Positions 38,807-47,597 of a stretch of DNA of 64,000 nucleotides are shown here, piece after piece (positions within the stretch are counted from its first letter, which is position 1; each line of letters opens with the position of its first letter). This DNA comes from an uncultured Planctomycetales bacterium (GTDB lineage Bacteria; Omnitrophota; Gorgyraeia; Zapsychrales; CAYRXT01): positions 12,592 through 76,591 of the forward strand of contig CAYRXT010000005.1 in assembly GCA_964428315.1 (NCBI GenBank), in the 5' to 3' direction. Position numbers and translations under genes: made by a program. Under the pieces are notes generated by a model, which was not told the origin of the DNA, did no database searches, and worked only from the letters and a program-made list of their open reading frames with translations.

Positions 38807-39478
38807 TTATATCCGGGCGATGAGCCTCTTGGGAATGCCGATGTCCGCCGTGACGAGCCGGCCGACGCAGCGGGGGCCCTCTCCTTTAAGAAATCCGCGC
38901 TTAATAAGACAAAAGGTGACGGTAACGAAGGCCTTGACGCAGGAACCGTACGTTCTTCCGGTATCGGCGTCGAGTCCCGAGGGAACATCCACCGCGATAA
39001 TCTTTTTCCGGGAGGCATTCATGGCCTCGATCACACTGAGGAAGGGCTCTTCCACCGGCCGGTTCAGCCCCACGCCGAAAACGGCGTCGATGATGACGTC
39101 CGCGACCTCCAGGGCGCCGGCCATTTCTTTGTCCAGCCTTTTCTTAATGACAGGCGGACAACGCAGTTTTCGCAGGATCGAATAATTCCGGGCCGCGTCC
39201 TCCTTAAGGGTCCCGGGACGACCGAGGCAAAACACGTTCGTTGGGATCCCGTTGTCGATCAGATGCCGGGCCGCGACAAAACCGTCTCCGGCGTTATTGC
39301 CCACACCGCAAACGACGACGGCCCTTTTCGTCTTCTTCCTGGAAAGCATCCGGACGGCCTCCCGGGCCACCGCGCTGCCGGCATTCTCCATCAATATGCA
39401 CGAAGGTATGCCGATCTTTTCGATGGTCTCCTGATCCAACCGTTGTGTCTGTTTGACGGAAGCTACCCGGCGGGTCAT
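38807..39478 (-). CDS. NAD(P)H-hydrate epimerase (YjeF N-terminal domain family)
   Basis: YjeF_N Rossmann-like core (VVVCGVGNNAGDGFVAARHL); no C-terminal dehydratase domain. Confidence 0.7.
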   Translation of the reverse strand: MTRRVASVKQTQRLDQETIEKIGIPSCILMENAGSAVAREAVRMLSRKKTKRAVVVCGVGNNAGDGFVAARHLIDNGIPTNVFCLGRPGTLKEDAARNYSILRKLRCPPVIKKRLDKEMAGALEVADVIIDAVFGVGLNRPVEEPFLSVIEAMNASRKKIIAVDVPSGLDADTGRTYGSCVKAFVTVTFCLIKRGFLKGEGPRCVGRLVTADIGIPKRLIARI

Positions 39479-40449
39479 GGCCGATTGTCGCTGTCTTTCC
39501 TGAACAGTTGAAGGAACCTGTCTTCGTACTCGTGGTAGACATGCCATTCGTCGAGTTTCTTTTTCAGCTCTACGGCGGCCTTGGGTTCCTCCTGGGCCCG
39601 GGTGAAGAGATCCTCGATGACGCTTTTGGCCGAATTGGGAAGACGATTTTGAGACGCCAGCGATTTCTTGAACCGTTCGATATCATCCGTATCGATAGGG
39701 TCGTCACCGTCCTCGGACTCAAAGGGCTTCTTGATAAAGTCCATGAGTTTATCGACTTCCTCTTCGAAAATCTCTTCCGCGATGGACAATTCGTCGTAAT
39801 GGCCCTTCTTCATTCCCAGGAGCGATTCGCAAACGCGCAAGACGGCCAGGGATGCCCGCGGATTCTCGATCTGGGAGGCGTAGAACGGAATCTCGCTGAG
39901 CAGGCACAGTCCGTTCATGCCTTTCTCTTTGGCGAGGCCCAGAATCAAACCGTTCATACCGCTGATGTGGCAGGAATCGATCCTTCGCATTTTGCAAACC
40001 GGAAACGACTCCGGGACGGACAGATCGGTACAGGCGTACCAGACCTGGGGGATAATCATATGATCAACCGTCGAGAGAATGGCCGCGAAGCTGAACACCG
40101 TCCTGACGCCGAGCGCCGACGTAAAGTTCAAGAGGGGTGCCGCATAGGCCGCATAGCGTTCGGGAGAAGGCTGCTGGCTGCTGATAAAGAAGATGATGTC
40201 GCGCCCGCCCTTCGGATTGGTCCAGTGGTAGAATTTGCCCCGGGGCAGTTTCGGCAGGCTGACCACGCCCTTTTCCACCCGGATGTCGGTCTGATAAAAA
40301 CAGTCATCAGGGTCAAAACCGGCGAAGAACCTGGCGCGCAGGCGCTTCTTCATCTGCTCCGCCGAGCGCAGGGCCACCTGGCCCATGCCCGGCCACGCCG
40401 CGACCAGTATGGGGTCCCTGGGATGAATTGTCCGGAATGTCTTGATCAT
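39475..40449 (-). CDS. PAC2-family (proteasome-assembly-chaperone-like, COG1938) protein with acidic C-terminal tail
   Basis: N-terminal PILVAAWPGMGQVA is typical of bacterial/archaeal PAC2-family proteins. Family call is moderate confidence. Confidence 0.5.
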   Translation of the reverse strand: MIKTFRTIHPRDPILVAAWPGMGQVALRSAEQMKKRLRARFFAGFDPDDCFYQTDIRVEKGVVSLPKLPRGKFYHWTNPKGGRDIIFFISSQQPSPERYAAYAAPLLNFTSALGVRTVFSFAAILSTVDHMIIPQVWYACTDLSVPESFPVCKMRRIDSCHISGMNGLILGLAKEKGMNGLCLLSEIPFYASQIENPRASLAVLRVCESLLGMKKGHYDELSIAEEIFEEEVDKLMDFIKKPFESEDGDDPIDTDDIERFKKSLASQNRLPNSAKSVIEDLFTRAQEEPKAAVELKKKLDEWHVYHEYEDRFLQLFRKDSDNRP

Positions 40450-40569
40450 CGTTCTTGTGTTCCAATGTTGCGGGAATGAGCCGTTTTTCTCGCGCGATCC
40501 CCGCATAGTATAAGTTCAAATGTCCCGCCCTGTAAAGTCAAAAAATGATTAATCCTCCTCCTCGGGCTT

Positions 40570-41526
40570 CTAAAGGCTGTAACCGAGCTCCTGGAGGAGG
40601 GACAGACTGTCCCTCCAGTTCTTCTTCGATTTGACATGGAGGTCGAGGAATATCTTCTTATCCAGCAGCAGTTCCAATTCCTGTCGGGCCGCCTGGCCGG
40701 CCTTCTTCAGCATTTGGCCGTGCCTGCCGATGACGATCTCTTTTTGTGACGCACGCTCGACGAGAATGGCGGCCTGGATAAAAAGCACCTGCCTGCGCTT
40801 GGGAACAAGACTCTCTATGTGCACGGCCAGCGAATGAGGGATCTCCTGGCGCAGGGCCTCGAAGAGTTTTTCGCGGATGATGTCCGCGATGGCCAGCCGC
40901 TGGGGCCGGTCGGTCTTGGTTTCAACCGGATAAAGCATCGGCCCAGGCGGAAGCCGCTCAAAAAGACAGTCGACCAGCTTGTCGCAATGCAGACCCGTCT
41001 TGGCCGAAACCGGCAGCATCAGGAATCTGCGCGCATCGTGAAAGGCCTCGCCCAAGACCTCCTGCCAGCGCATAATATACCTGTCCATGTGCGCGTCGCC
41101 CTGGTCAACCTTGTTCAACGCGAGGATAATCGGGAGGCGGGACCGGCACACTTTTTCAACGACCATGTTCTCTTCCGGGCCGACGACGCGTGTCACATCG
41201 ACGACGTGAACCAGGCAGTCCGCGCCCTCTATGGCCTGGACGCTGGAGGAGTTCATGAATTTGTCCAGCTCATCCTTCTGGCGGTGCATTCCCGGCGTGT
41301 CCAAAAAGACAATCTGTCCGCGCTCTTCGGTATAGATGCCGCGGATCGCGTGGCGCGTGGTCTGCGGCGTGCGCGAGACGATGGCCACCTTCTGCCCGAC
41401 AATGCGGTTGAGAAGAGTCGATTTGCCGACATTCGGCCTGCCCACAATAGAGGCAAATCCGCAGCGTGTCGCCTCCTCTTTCTCCGGCGTAAACGACATT
41501 TTTTGTGCTCTTTTCTTCCCCGGCAT
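40570..41526 (-). CDS. era: GTPase Era
   Basis: GRPNVGKST (G1), DTPG (G3), NKVD (G4) and C-terminal KH domain; start at 41526 or 41499. Confidence 0.95.
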   Translation of the reverse strand: MPGKKRAQKMSFTPEKEEATRCGFASIVGRPNVGKSTLLNRIVGQKVAIVSRTPQTTRHAIRGIYTEERGQIVFLDTPGMHRQKDELDKFMNSSSVQAIEGADCLVHVVDVTRVVGPEENMVVEKVCRSRLPIILALNKVDQGDAHMDRYIMRWQEVLGEAFHDARRFLMLPVSAKTGLHCDKLVDCLFERLPPGPMLYPVETKTDRPQRLAIADIIREKLFEALRQEIPHSLAVHIESLVPKRRQVLFIQAAILVERASQKEIVIGRHGQMLKKAGQAARQELELLLDKKIFLDLHVKSKKNWRDSLSLLQELGYSL

Positions 41527-41529
41527 GAT

Positions 41530-42432
41530 TCAGACGGAAACGTATTGAACGAGTCTTTTCATCCTGTGGTCGATATCGGATCTGGTCAGTTTTGCGGTCC
41601 GGCTCATGCCGAACCCCTCGACGTTAAAGCAAGCGACCGTGGTGGCATACAAGACCGCCTTTTTCAATGCCTTCGGCGTGCACCGCCCCCCCGATGCCAG
41701 AAACCCCATCAACCCGCCGGCAAACGTATCGCCGGCGCCCGTGGGATCCACGACCTCTTCCACCGGATAGGCGGGGATGGAAAAAAGGATATCGTCGCCG
41801 TAAAAGATGACGCCGTGCTCTCCCTTTTTGATGACAATCAGTTCCGGCCCCATCCTGCGCAGCTTCTTGGCGGCCTTGATGAGATTGTCCTCGCCGGTGA
41901 GCATCCTGGATTCCATGTCGTTGGCGACAAAGAGATCGATCCTCTTCATCAGCCGCAACAGGGATTTCTTTTTATGCATGATCCACAGATTCATGGAGTC
42001 CAGGCCGATCAGTTTCGGCCTCTCCATGAGCTCCAACAGCCGTATCTGCACGTCAGGATCATAATTGGCCAGAAAGACATGCGGGATCTTCTTCTGGCGC
42101 GGCGTGAGTTTCGGCACGAACCCCATCAAGACGCCCAGCTCGGTCTTGATGGTCACGGCGACATTCATGTCCTCTTTCTTGTATTCTCCGTCCCACTGAA
42201 AGGTTTTTCCATCGGAAAGGACCAGGGCTTCCAGGTTGATATTCTTTTCCCTGAGGACCTTCAGGTGCCTTTTCGGGAAATCCTTTCCCACCACCGCCGA
42301 CAATTCCACTTGCGTGAAAAGGCGCGCGCTCATGGCGAAATGCGCCGCCGAACCGCCCAGCATGCATTTGCGGATGCCGGCCGGCGTTTTCACGTTGTCC
42401 AGGGCAACTGTTCCCAATACGATCAGACTCAT
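41530..42432 (-). CDS. PfkB-family carbohydrate/nucleoside kinase (ribokinase-like)
   Basis: GG motif (KCMLGGSAAHFA) and the C-terminal DPTGAGDTFAGG anion hole of PfkB kinases. Start MSLIVLG at 42432; the track start 42483 runs into a purine-rich leader. Confidence 0.8.
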   Translation of the reverse strand: MSLIVLGTVALDNVKTPAGIRKCMLGGSAAHFAMSARLFTQVELSAVVGKDFPKRHLKVLREKNINLEALVLSDGKTFQWDGEYKKEDMNVAVTIKTELGVLMGFVPKLTPRQKKIPHVFLANYDPDVQIRLLELMERPKLIGLDSMNLWIMHKKKSLLRLMKRIDLFVANDMESRMLTGEDNLIKAAKKLRRMGPELIVIKKGEHGVIFYGDDILFSIPAYPVEEVVDPTGAGDTFAGGLMGFLASGGRCTPKALKKAVLYATTVACFNVEGFGMSRTAKLTRSDIDHRMKRLVQYVSV

Positions 42433-42528
42433 GTTGGCTTTCCCTTCTGTTCGTGATGAACGACGAACCTCCTGATCGCCCATCGTCCTTTGCCTCTCGT
42501 CCTTCGTCCCTCGTTCCTTATCCCTCAG

Positions 42529-42945
42529 TCAGTCTCCAATCACTTTGATTAAGGCGCGCTTGCGCCGGCGCCCGTCGAATTCGCCGTAAAATATCTGTTC
42601 CCACGGCCCGAAATCCAGCCGGCCCTTGGTGATGGCGACAACGACTTCCCTCCCCATGACCTGCCGTTTCATGTGCGCGTCGGCATTGTCCTCGCCGACG
42701 TTATGGCGGTATTGGGATACCGGCTCGTGGGGGGCAAGCCTCTCCAGCCAATCGTCGTAATCCTGGATAAGGCCGCTCTCGTCGTCATTAATGTAGACAC
42801 TCGCGGTAATATGCATGGCGTTCACAAGGACAAAACCCTCTTTCACACCGCTTTTGTCAACGGCCTCCTGGACTTTCCCGGTAACGTTGATGTAATCCCT
42901 TCTTGTCTTTGAATTAAACCAAAGCTCTTCGCGGTAGCTTTTCAT
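42529..42945 (-). CDS. YjbQ-family protein (UPF0047; secondary thiamine-phosphate synthase)
   Basis: 138 aa; YjbQ fold consensus ([25 protein letters not shown]...[15 protein letters not shown]). Confidence 0.75.
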   Translation of the reverse strand: MKSYREELWFNSKTRRDYINVTGKVQEAVDKSGVKEGFVLVNAMHITASVYINDDESGLIQDYDDWLERLAPHEPVSQYRHNVGEDNADAHMKRQVMGREVVVAITKGRLDFGPWEQIFYGEFDGRRRKRALIKVIGD

Positions 42946-43023
42946 GACCGACCTCCTCCCGGGGCGTTCACACTTTCTTCTCGGGGCTCTCCCCTATCAT
43001 ACGGATTTATTTCCATTTGCCAA

Positions 43024-44772
43024 TCATTTTTCCGCATCTCTCCACTTTTTTTCCAAAGAACGCCGCGCATCGATGAAAACAGGGTGTCCCGGAAAGGCCT
43101 CAAGACTTCTGCGAAGCGCACCGCGGATTTTGTCCCTTTCCCCTGACAAGACGGCGCTTTGGAGATACCGTTCCAGCGTCGGTCTATCCGGCTCAATGAG
43201 CCCGAGAACGTCCTCATAGCATGCCGCGGCCCGGGCATGTTCTCCACGGCGGGCATAGGCCCAGCAGAGATCTTTGCGGGCGTTGACATAATCCGGCCGC
43301 AGGGCCAAGGCCTTCCTTAAAAGCGCGATAGTCTTGTCCGGGTCGTGAATATGCGAAACCGCCAGATCACGTAAATAGACGGGATGTTCCGGATCCAGAC
43401 GAAGACTTTTTTGAAAATGTTCCCTCGCCTCGGCGTAAAGGCCAAGACGCGCGTAACAGACGCCCAGACGGTGATGCGGCCTCGGATACGAGGGATAGTG
43501 CTCCGCCAGAAAGGAGGCCTGCGCGAACTCGTCTCTCCACAAACCAATCAAGGACAATGAAGAGACAAACACGACACTCACTAATCCCAGCCTGACGGTG
43601 TACCGCAGACCCTGCCGCGTCGTGAACATCTTTCTGGAAAAAACACTATCCTCAAGCCAGAGGACCAAAGCGGCCATCATCCCGGCGAGGGGTATATACA
43701 AGAAACGCCAGGCCATGGGATTGATCAAGGGAATGATATTGGACGCCGGGACAAGCCCCAGGGCAAACCACAGGAGAAAAAAGAGCCGCCTCCTGTCTTG
43801 TCGGAAACTCCGAAACAGGATCCACACGCTGGCCGCGCACACCGTTACCGATACAAGGTTTTGGAGATCCCATAGAGGAAGAACATCGGGCCGGAAAACC
43901 GCAGGCAGAGGTTTGACCATGACCGGGAACAGGACAGCCAGCACATAACCGGCCAGGATATCGACGACCGTGAGGACATGGACAAAGAGGCTGTTCTCAA
44001 AAAGCGTCAATCCCGAAAGGCTCTGGGCCGGGAAAACAACCGCATAAACAACGGCATAAAAGGAAAAGACGCACAGAAAGCCAAGGTAATCGGTCCTCAA
44101 CCTCCGCCGGAAAGGCGCGACGCCGCGATGGCCGGGAAAACAATGATCGCAGGCCGGAAGGAGCCCCAGGAGAACAACCGCCGTTTCTTTGCTGAACAGT
44201 GCCAGTCCAAACAGCGCCACCGAGAGCGCTGTCCTCCGGCGCACATAAGCCAAGAGCGAAGTCGCGACAAAGAAAAAAGCCGCGATATCCGACCGGAATC
44301 CGATATTCACCACGGCCTCAGTGCCCGCGGGATGCAGGGCAAACAGGAGCGCGCTGAAAAAGGCCGTCTCTTTCCGGGAAAGAAGGGCGAAGATCAAAAA
44401 ATAGAAAACGACCGCGTTGGCGAGGTGAAGTAGGATATTCGTCAGATGATAGCCGAAAGGCCGGCCCCGCCAGAGATAATAATCCCAGAAAAATGTCGCG
44501 CTGACAACCGGCCGGTAGGTGACCGACCCGGACCCCAGATCCCCGCGGCCTTTGAGAAAGGCCTCGTCGCTGACCGTAAAATAGCTCTCGTCGAACAGAC
44601 GGACAACATTCTCCGGACGGGAATAGAACGTGTTGTTGACGATGATCAGGTAATCGTCACCGACAAAGTCATGTCCCAGGCTGGGCGCATAGAGCGTGCC
44701 AGCCAGCAACACAATCATAAGGATGTTGCGCCAATGTCCCGCCGGCGTTTTAACTAACGGGCTAGAAGGCAT
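43024..44772 (-). CDS. Polytopic GT-C-fold (PMT/ArnT/TMTC-like) membrane protein with C-terminal TPR repeats
   Basis: N-terminal HDFVGDDYLII motif and ~10 TM helices like DUF1736/PMT_2 glycosyltransferases. C-terminal ~180 aa are TPR-like (HHRLGVCYARLGLYAEAREHFQKSLRLDPEHP...). Start chosen at the ATG at 44772, an 11-nt overlap with the upstream gene. Confidence 0.6.
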   Translation of the reverse strand: MPSSPLVKTPAGHWRNILMIVLLAGTLYAPSLGHDFVGDDYLIIVNNTFYSRPENVVRLFDESYFTVSDEAFLKGRGDLGSGSVTYRPVVSATFFWDYYLWRGRPFGYHLTNILLHLANAVVFYFLIFALLSRKETAFFSALLFALHPAGTEAVVNIGFRSDIAAFFFVATSLLAYVRRRTALSVALFGLALFSKETAVVLLGLLPACDHCFPGHRGVAPFRRRLRTDYLGFLCVFSFYAVVYAVVFPAQSLSGLTLFENSLFVHVLTVVDILAGYVLAVLFPVMVKPLPAVFRPDVLPLWDLQNLVSVTVCAASVWILFRSFRQDRRRLFFLLWFALGLVPASNIIPLINPMAWRFLYIPLAGMMAALVLWLEDSVFSRKMFTTRQGLRYTVRLGLVSVVFVSSLSLIGLWRDEFAQASFLAEHYPSYPRPHHRLGVCYARLGLYAEAREHFQKSLRLDPEHPVYLRDLAVSHIHDPDKTIALLRKALALRPDYVNARKDLCWAYARRGEHARAAACYEDVLGLIEPDRPTLERYLQSAVLSGERDKIRGALRRSLEAFPGHPVFIDARRSLEKKWRDAEK

Positions 44773-47566
44773 GGTTGACACCGAACCAGAAACGCGTGTC
44801 TTTTTTCGGGTCGCGGATCGCCTGCGCCGCGTCGACACGCACGATGATCTTCTCGAGAAAAGAACCCAGGGAGACGTGGAAGCGCAGCCCCACACCGGCG
44901 TCTTTTTTCAGGTCGGAATCGTTGAAGGCTTTGAACCAGTTGTGTCCCGCCTCGGCGAAGACGACCCCGTCCACGGCCTCGAAGCCTATAATGTTATCGA
45001 AAATCTTGACATCCATTCTGGGGATGATCGGGAACCGGTATTCCAGGCTCCCCAGCGCGATGTTCGCCCCCCGCAACGTCTTCCGGTCATAGCCCCTCAG
45101 CCCGTCCGGCCCGCCGAGTTCAAAGAGACTGCGGTCGTTGGGATAGCCTCCGGCGAATTTCAGGCGCAGGGCCGCCTGGGAATGAACCGTGACCGGCCGG
45201 TACAGGGACACATCGATCCCGCCGCGGTTGAAAGACTGCGTGGCGCCCAGGAAATGCCCTGAATGTTCAAAAAAGGTGCTCACGCGGTAACCCTGCGAGG
45301 GGTCGAGCACAGGTTCACTGCGGTCGAAAAACAGGGCCGCCCCTGCAACCGCTTCGTTTTTGCGCAGGTAGGAGATATTGCGGTCGTCCTCCGCAGGCTC
45401 GAGCACCGTCCCGCGGTTGATCTCACGGTTGCGGATTAGATAAAACGTGACATGATCGTTGATCTGGGAAAGGCCGTAGGCCATAGGCCACAGCTCCTTA
45501 CGTAAATATATTTTCCCTCCGACGAGATCCCGGTCCCCGTTCTCGAGATCGGTCGTGTTGAACAGTTCGAATCCCGCCGTGGCCAGCGTGTGAAAAACAT
45601 TCTTCACCTGATAACCCACCCGCGTCTTGTGCAGCTGCTCCCCGAACTCGTAGCCGGTCGCCGCATAAAAATTCTGGTCGAACGGTTTCTGCAAAGAGGC
45701 CTTCATCCCCAGCCCGTTCGCGATGATCTCCGGCCCGACGACAAGGTTATACGCGTCCTCGGGCAGGAAAAGCGACATGTCATACAGCGAAAGATAGAGC
45801 GGAACCGGCTCGACGTTCAGCCGGCGGGGCCAGTAATTGTTCGTCCGGTCGATATCCAAAAGGGCCTTTTGGGGATCGACGATCACCTCGCGAATCCGCC
45901 CTCCATCTCCGGCCAAAAGCACATCCCGCTCTTTGTCCCCGCCCCACACAAGGTCCTGGGTCCGGCCGTCTTCAAAGACGACGAGCACATCCGCATCCAC
46001 CGCGATACCGCCGCGGTTTTCCACATGGATCGCATTGTGTTCGACGGCGTTGACGGCATAGTCAAAATATTCGGCCGTCCTCAGCCACTGCCTGAAAAAC
46101 TCCCCCAGGTCCTTCCCACTCTCTTCTTCAGCGATGCGGACAAAGTCCTTCGTGCTGAGATTTCCGAAACGGTATTCCCGGAAGATCCTCCGGAACACAG
46201 CCCGGAAGGCCTCCTCCCCCACTGTATAACGCAGCATGGCCATAATCGCCGAACCTTTACCGTAGGTAATGGAAAAAATGCTGCTCGGCTCCTCGTAACT
46301 GGAGAGCTCGCTCTGCACCGGGTAATCCCAGTTGGTCCGGGCGATGATCTTATAGCGGTAGTCGCGCGCCTTGCGGAAAGAGGTATTGGGGAGGAGCCAG
46401 TCTATCCATTCCGGCCATTCGACGACCTCGGCGTTTTCGCCGTATTTGGCCTCAAGATACTGAAGGATAAAATAGGAATTCACCCCCTCCTCCAGCCACA
46501 TCTCGGAGAATTCATCCATGCCGACGAGATTATAAAACCACTGGTGGCCCGTCTCGTGCGCGATCAGAAAATCGAAATGCCGTTTCAGGATCCGCGGCTC
46601 GTCGAAAACGCGCGTATCCATAAAGACCATATTGGACATCTGTTCCCCGCCATAAGCCAGATGAACCGGTGCAATGCTGAACTGTTCATAGGGATATTCC
46701 CCGAACAGCTGTGTATAGAACTCCATCAAATCCCCGGCGCTGTCCAGGGCCATGGCGGCGTGCTCCTCGTCGCCGGGGAGATAATAACAGCGGAGCTCGG
46801 CCTCCGCTCTCCTGGTGCTCATGACCCGGTACCGCGGACTTAAGGCTAGGGTGAATTCCCTTACCGGGAGCCGCGTGGAGATCTTCAGGGTCTTCTTGCC
46901 CTCGCCGGTCGCACGCTCTTCGTCCAAGGTGCCCGTATGGATCACGCACATGTCTTCCGCCACCGTCAGCTCAACATCATAAATCGCGGCGTCGCTGAAG
47001 AACGGCCTATGGAAAGGATAGAACGGGGGATTGTTCCAGCCCCTTTCATCATGAACCGACAGAACGGGATACCAACGCGAGAGGGCAAATATGTCGTCAA
47101 TCCACCCGAAGCGGCCGTAGGAATGGGGTATCCGGAGGGTGAATCCCATGGACACGACGGCCTCCTCGCCTGGCATGAGAGGCTGTTCGAGGAGGACCTT
47201 CAATAAGGTGTCGTCCTCTCCCATTATCTCAAAGGCTCCCGGAATGTCGTTGACCCTGACATCGGAGAAGTGCATGTCCGGCACGGGGAAGCCGTCGGGA
47301 AAGGCATCAACATTAAAATAGCCTGCGTAGCGCATCATGAAGCTTTTTTCCTCATCGGAATACCGCCGGTTCGGATAGATATGGAAAAAGATTTCATGAA
47401 GGGGAGCCTCGCTCCTGTTTTGGTAGGTCACGCGCTGTTGGGCTGAGATTGTTTTTTCGTCCGTATCGACCGACGCCCGGATCTCGTACCGAGGCTGCGC
47501 GCCCGCCGCGGCCACCCATACCAGCGGGATCGCCAGCAAACCGATTCTCCAGAATATTTTTCTCAT
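44762..47566 (-). CDS. Secreted M1-family zinc aminopeptidase fused to a C-terminal Omp85/BamA-like outer-membrane beta-barrel
   Basis: Signal peptide MRKIFWRIGLLAIPLVWVAAAGA. HETGHQWF-x18-WLEEG gluzincin motif. The last ~330 aa are alternating amphipathic strands with GPDGLRGYD, GVGLRFHVSLGS and a terminal RFWFGVNHAF aromatic beta-signal. GGAGGTG SD upstream. Confidence 0.75.
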   Translation of the reverse strand: MRKIFWRIGLLAIPLVWVAAAGAQPRYEIRASVDTDEKTISAQQRVTYQNRSEAPLHEIFFHIYPNRRYSDEEKSFMMRYAGYFNVDAFPDGFPVPDMHFSDVRVNDIPGAFEIMGEDDTLLKVLLEQPLMPGEEAVVSMGFTLRIPHSYGRFGWIDDIFALSRWYPVLSVHDERGWNNPPFYPFHRPFFSDAAIYDVELTVAEDMCVIHTGTLDEERATGEGKKTLKISTRLPVREFTLALSPRYRVMSTRRAEAELRCYYLPGDEEHAAMALDSAGDLMEFYTQLFGEYPYEQFSIAPVHLAYGGEQMSNMVFMDTRVFDEPRILKRHFDFLIAHETGHQWFYNLVGMDEFSEMWLEEGVNSYFILQYLEAKYGENAEVVEWPEWIDWLLPNTSFRKARDYRYKIIARTNWDYPVQSELSSYEEPSSIFSITYGKGSAIMAMLRYTVGEEAFRAVFRRIFREYRFGNLSTKDFVRIAEEESGKDLGEFFRQWLRTAEYFDYAVNAVEHNAIHVENRGGIAVDADVLVVFEDGRTQDLVWGGDKERDVLLAGDGGRIREVIVDPQKALLDIDRTNNYWPRRLNVEPVPLYLSLYDMSLFLPEDAYNLVVGPEIIANGLGMKASLQKPFDQNFYAATGYEFGEQLHKTRVGYQVKNVFHTLATAGFELFNTTDLENGDRDLVGGKIYLRKELWPMAYGLSQINDHVTFYLIRNREINRGTVLEPAEDDRNISYLRKNEAVAGAALFFDRSEPVLDPSQGYRVSTFFEHSGHFLGATQSFNRGGIDVSLYRPVTVHSQAALRLKFAGGYPNDRSLFELGGPDGLRGYDRKTLRGANIALGSLEYRFPIIPRMDVKIFDNIIGFEAVDGVVFAEAGHNWFKAFNDSDLKKDAGVGLRFHVSLGSFLEKIIVRVDAAQAIRDPKKDTRFWFGVNHAF

Positions 47567-47597
47567 CCCCCACCTCCGTCGGATTATTTTGCGGCCT

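Noticed and set aside
39508-42456. Plus-strand ORFs of 323 aa (39508-40479) and 545 aa (40819-42456)
   Set aside because: They lie opposite the PAC2-like, Era and PfkB genes, whose products have canonical GTPase and kinase motifs. The plus-strand translations are H/R/G/P-rich with no motifs.
45590-46843. 417-aa plus-strand ORF inside the M1-Omp85 gene
   Set aside because: Antisense to the HExxH-containing M1 domain; no start context; P/G/R-rich.
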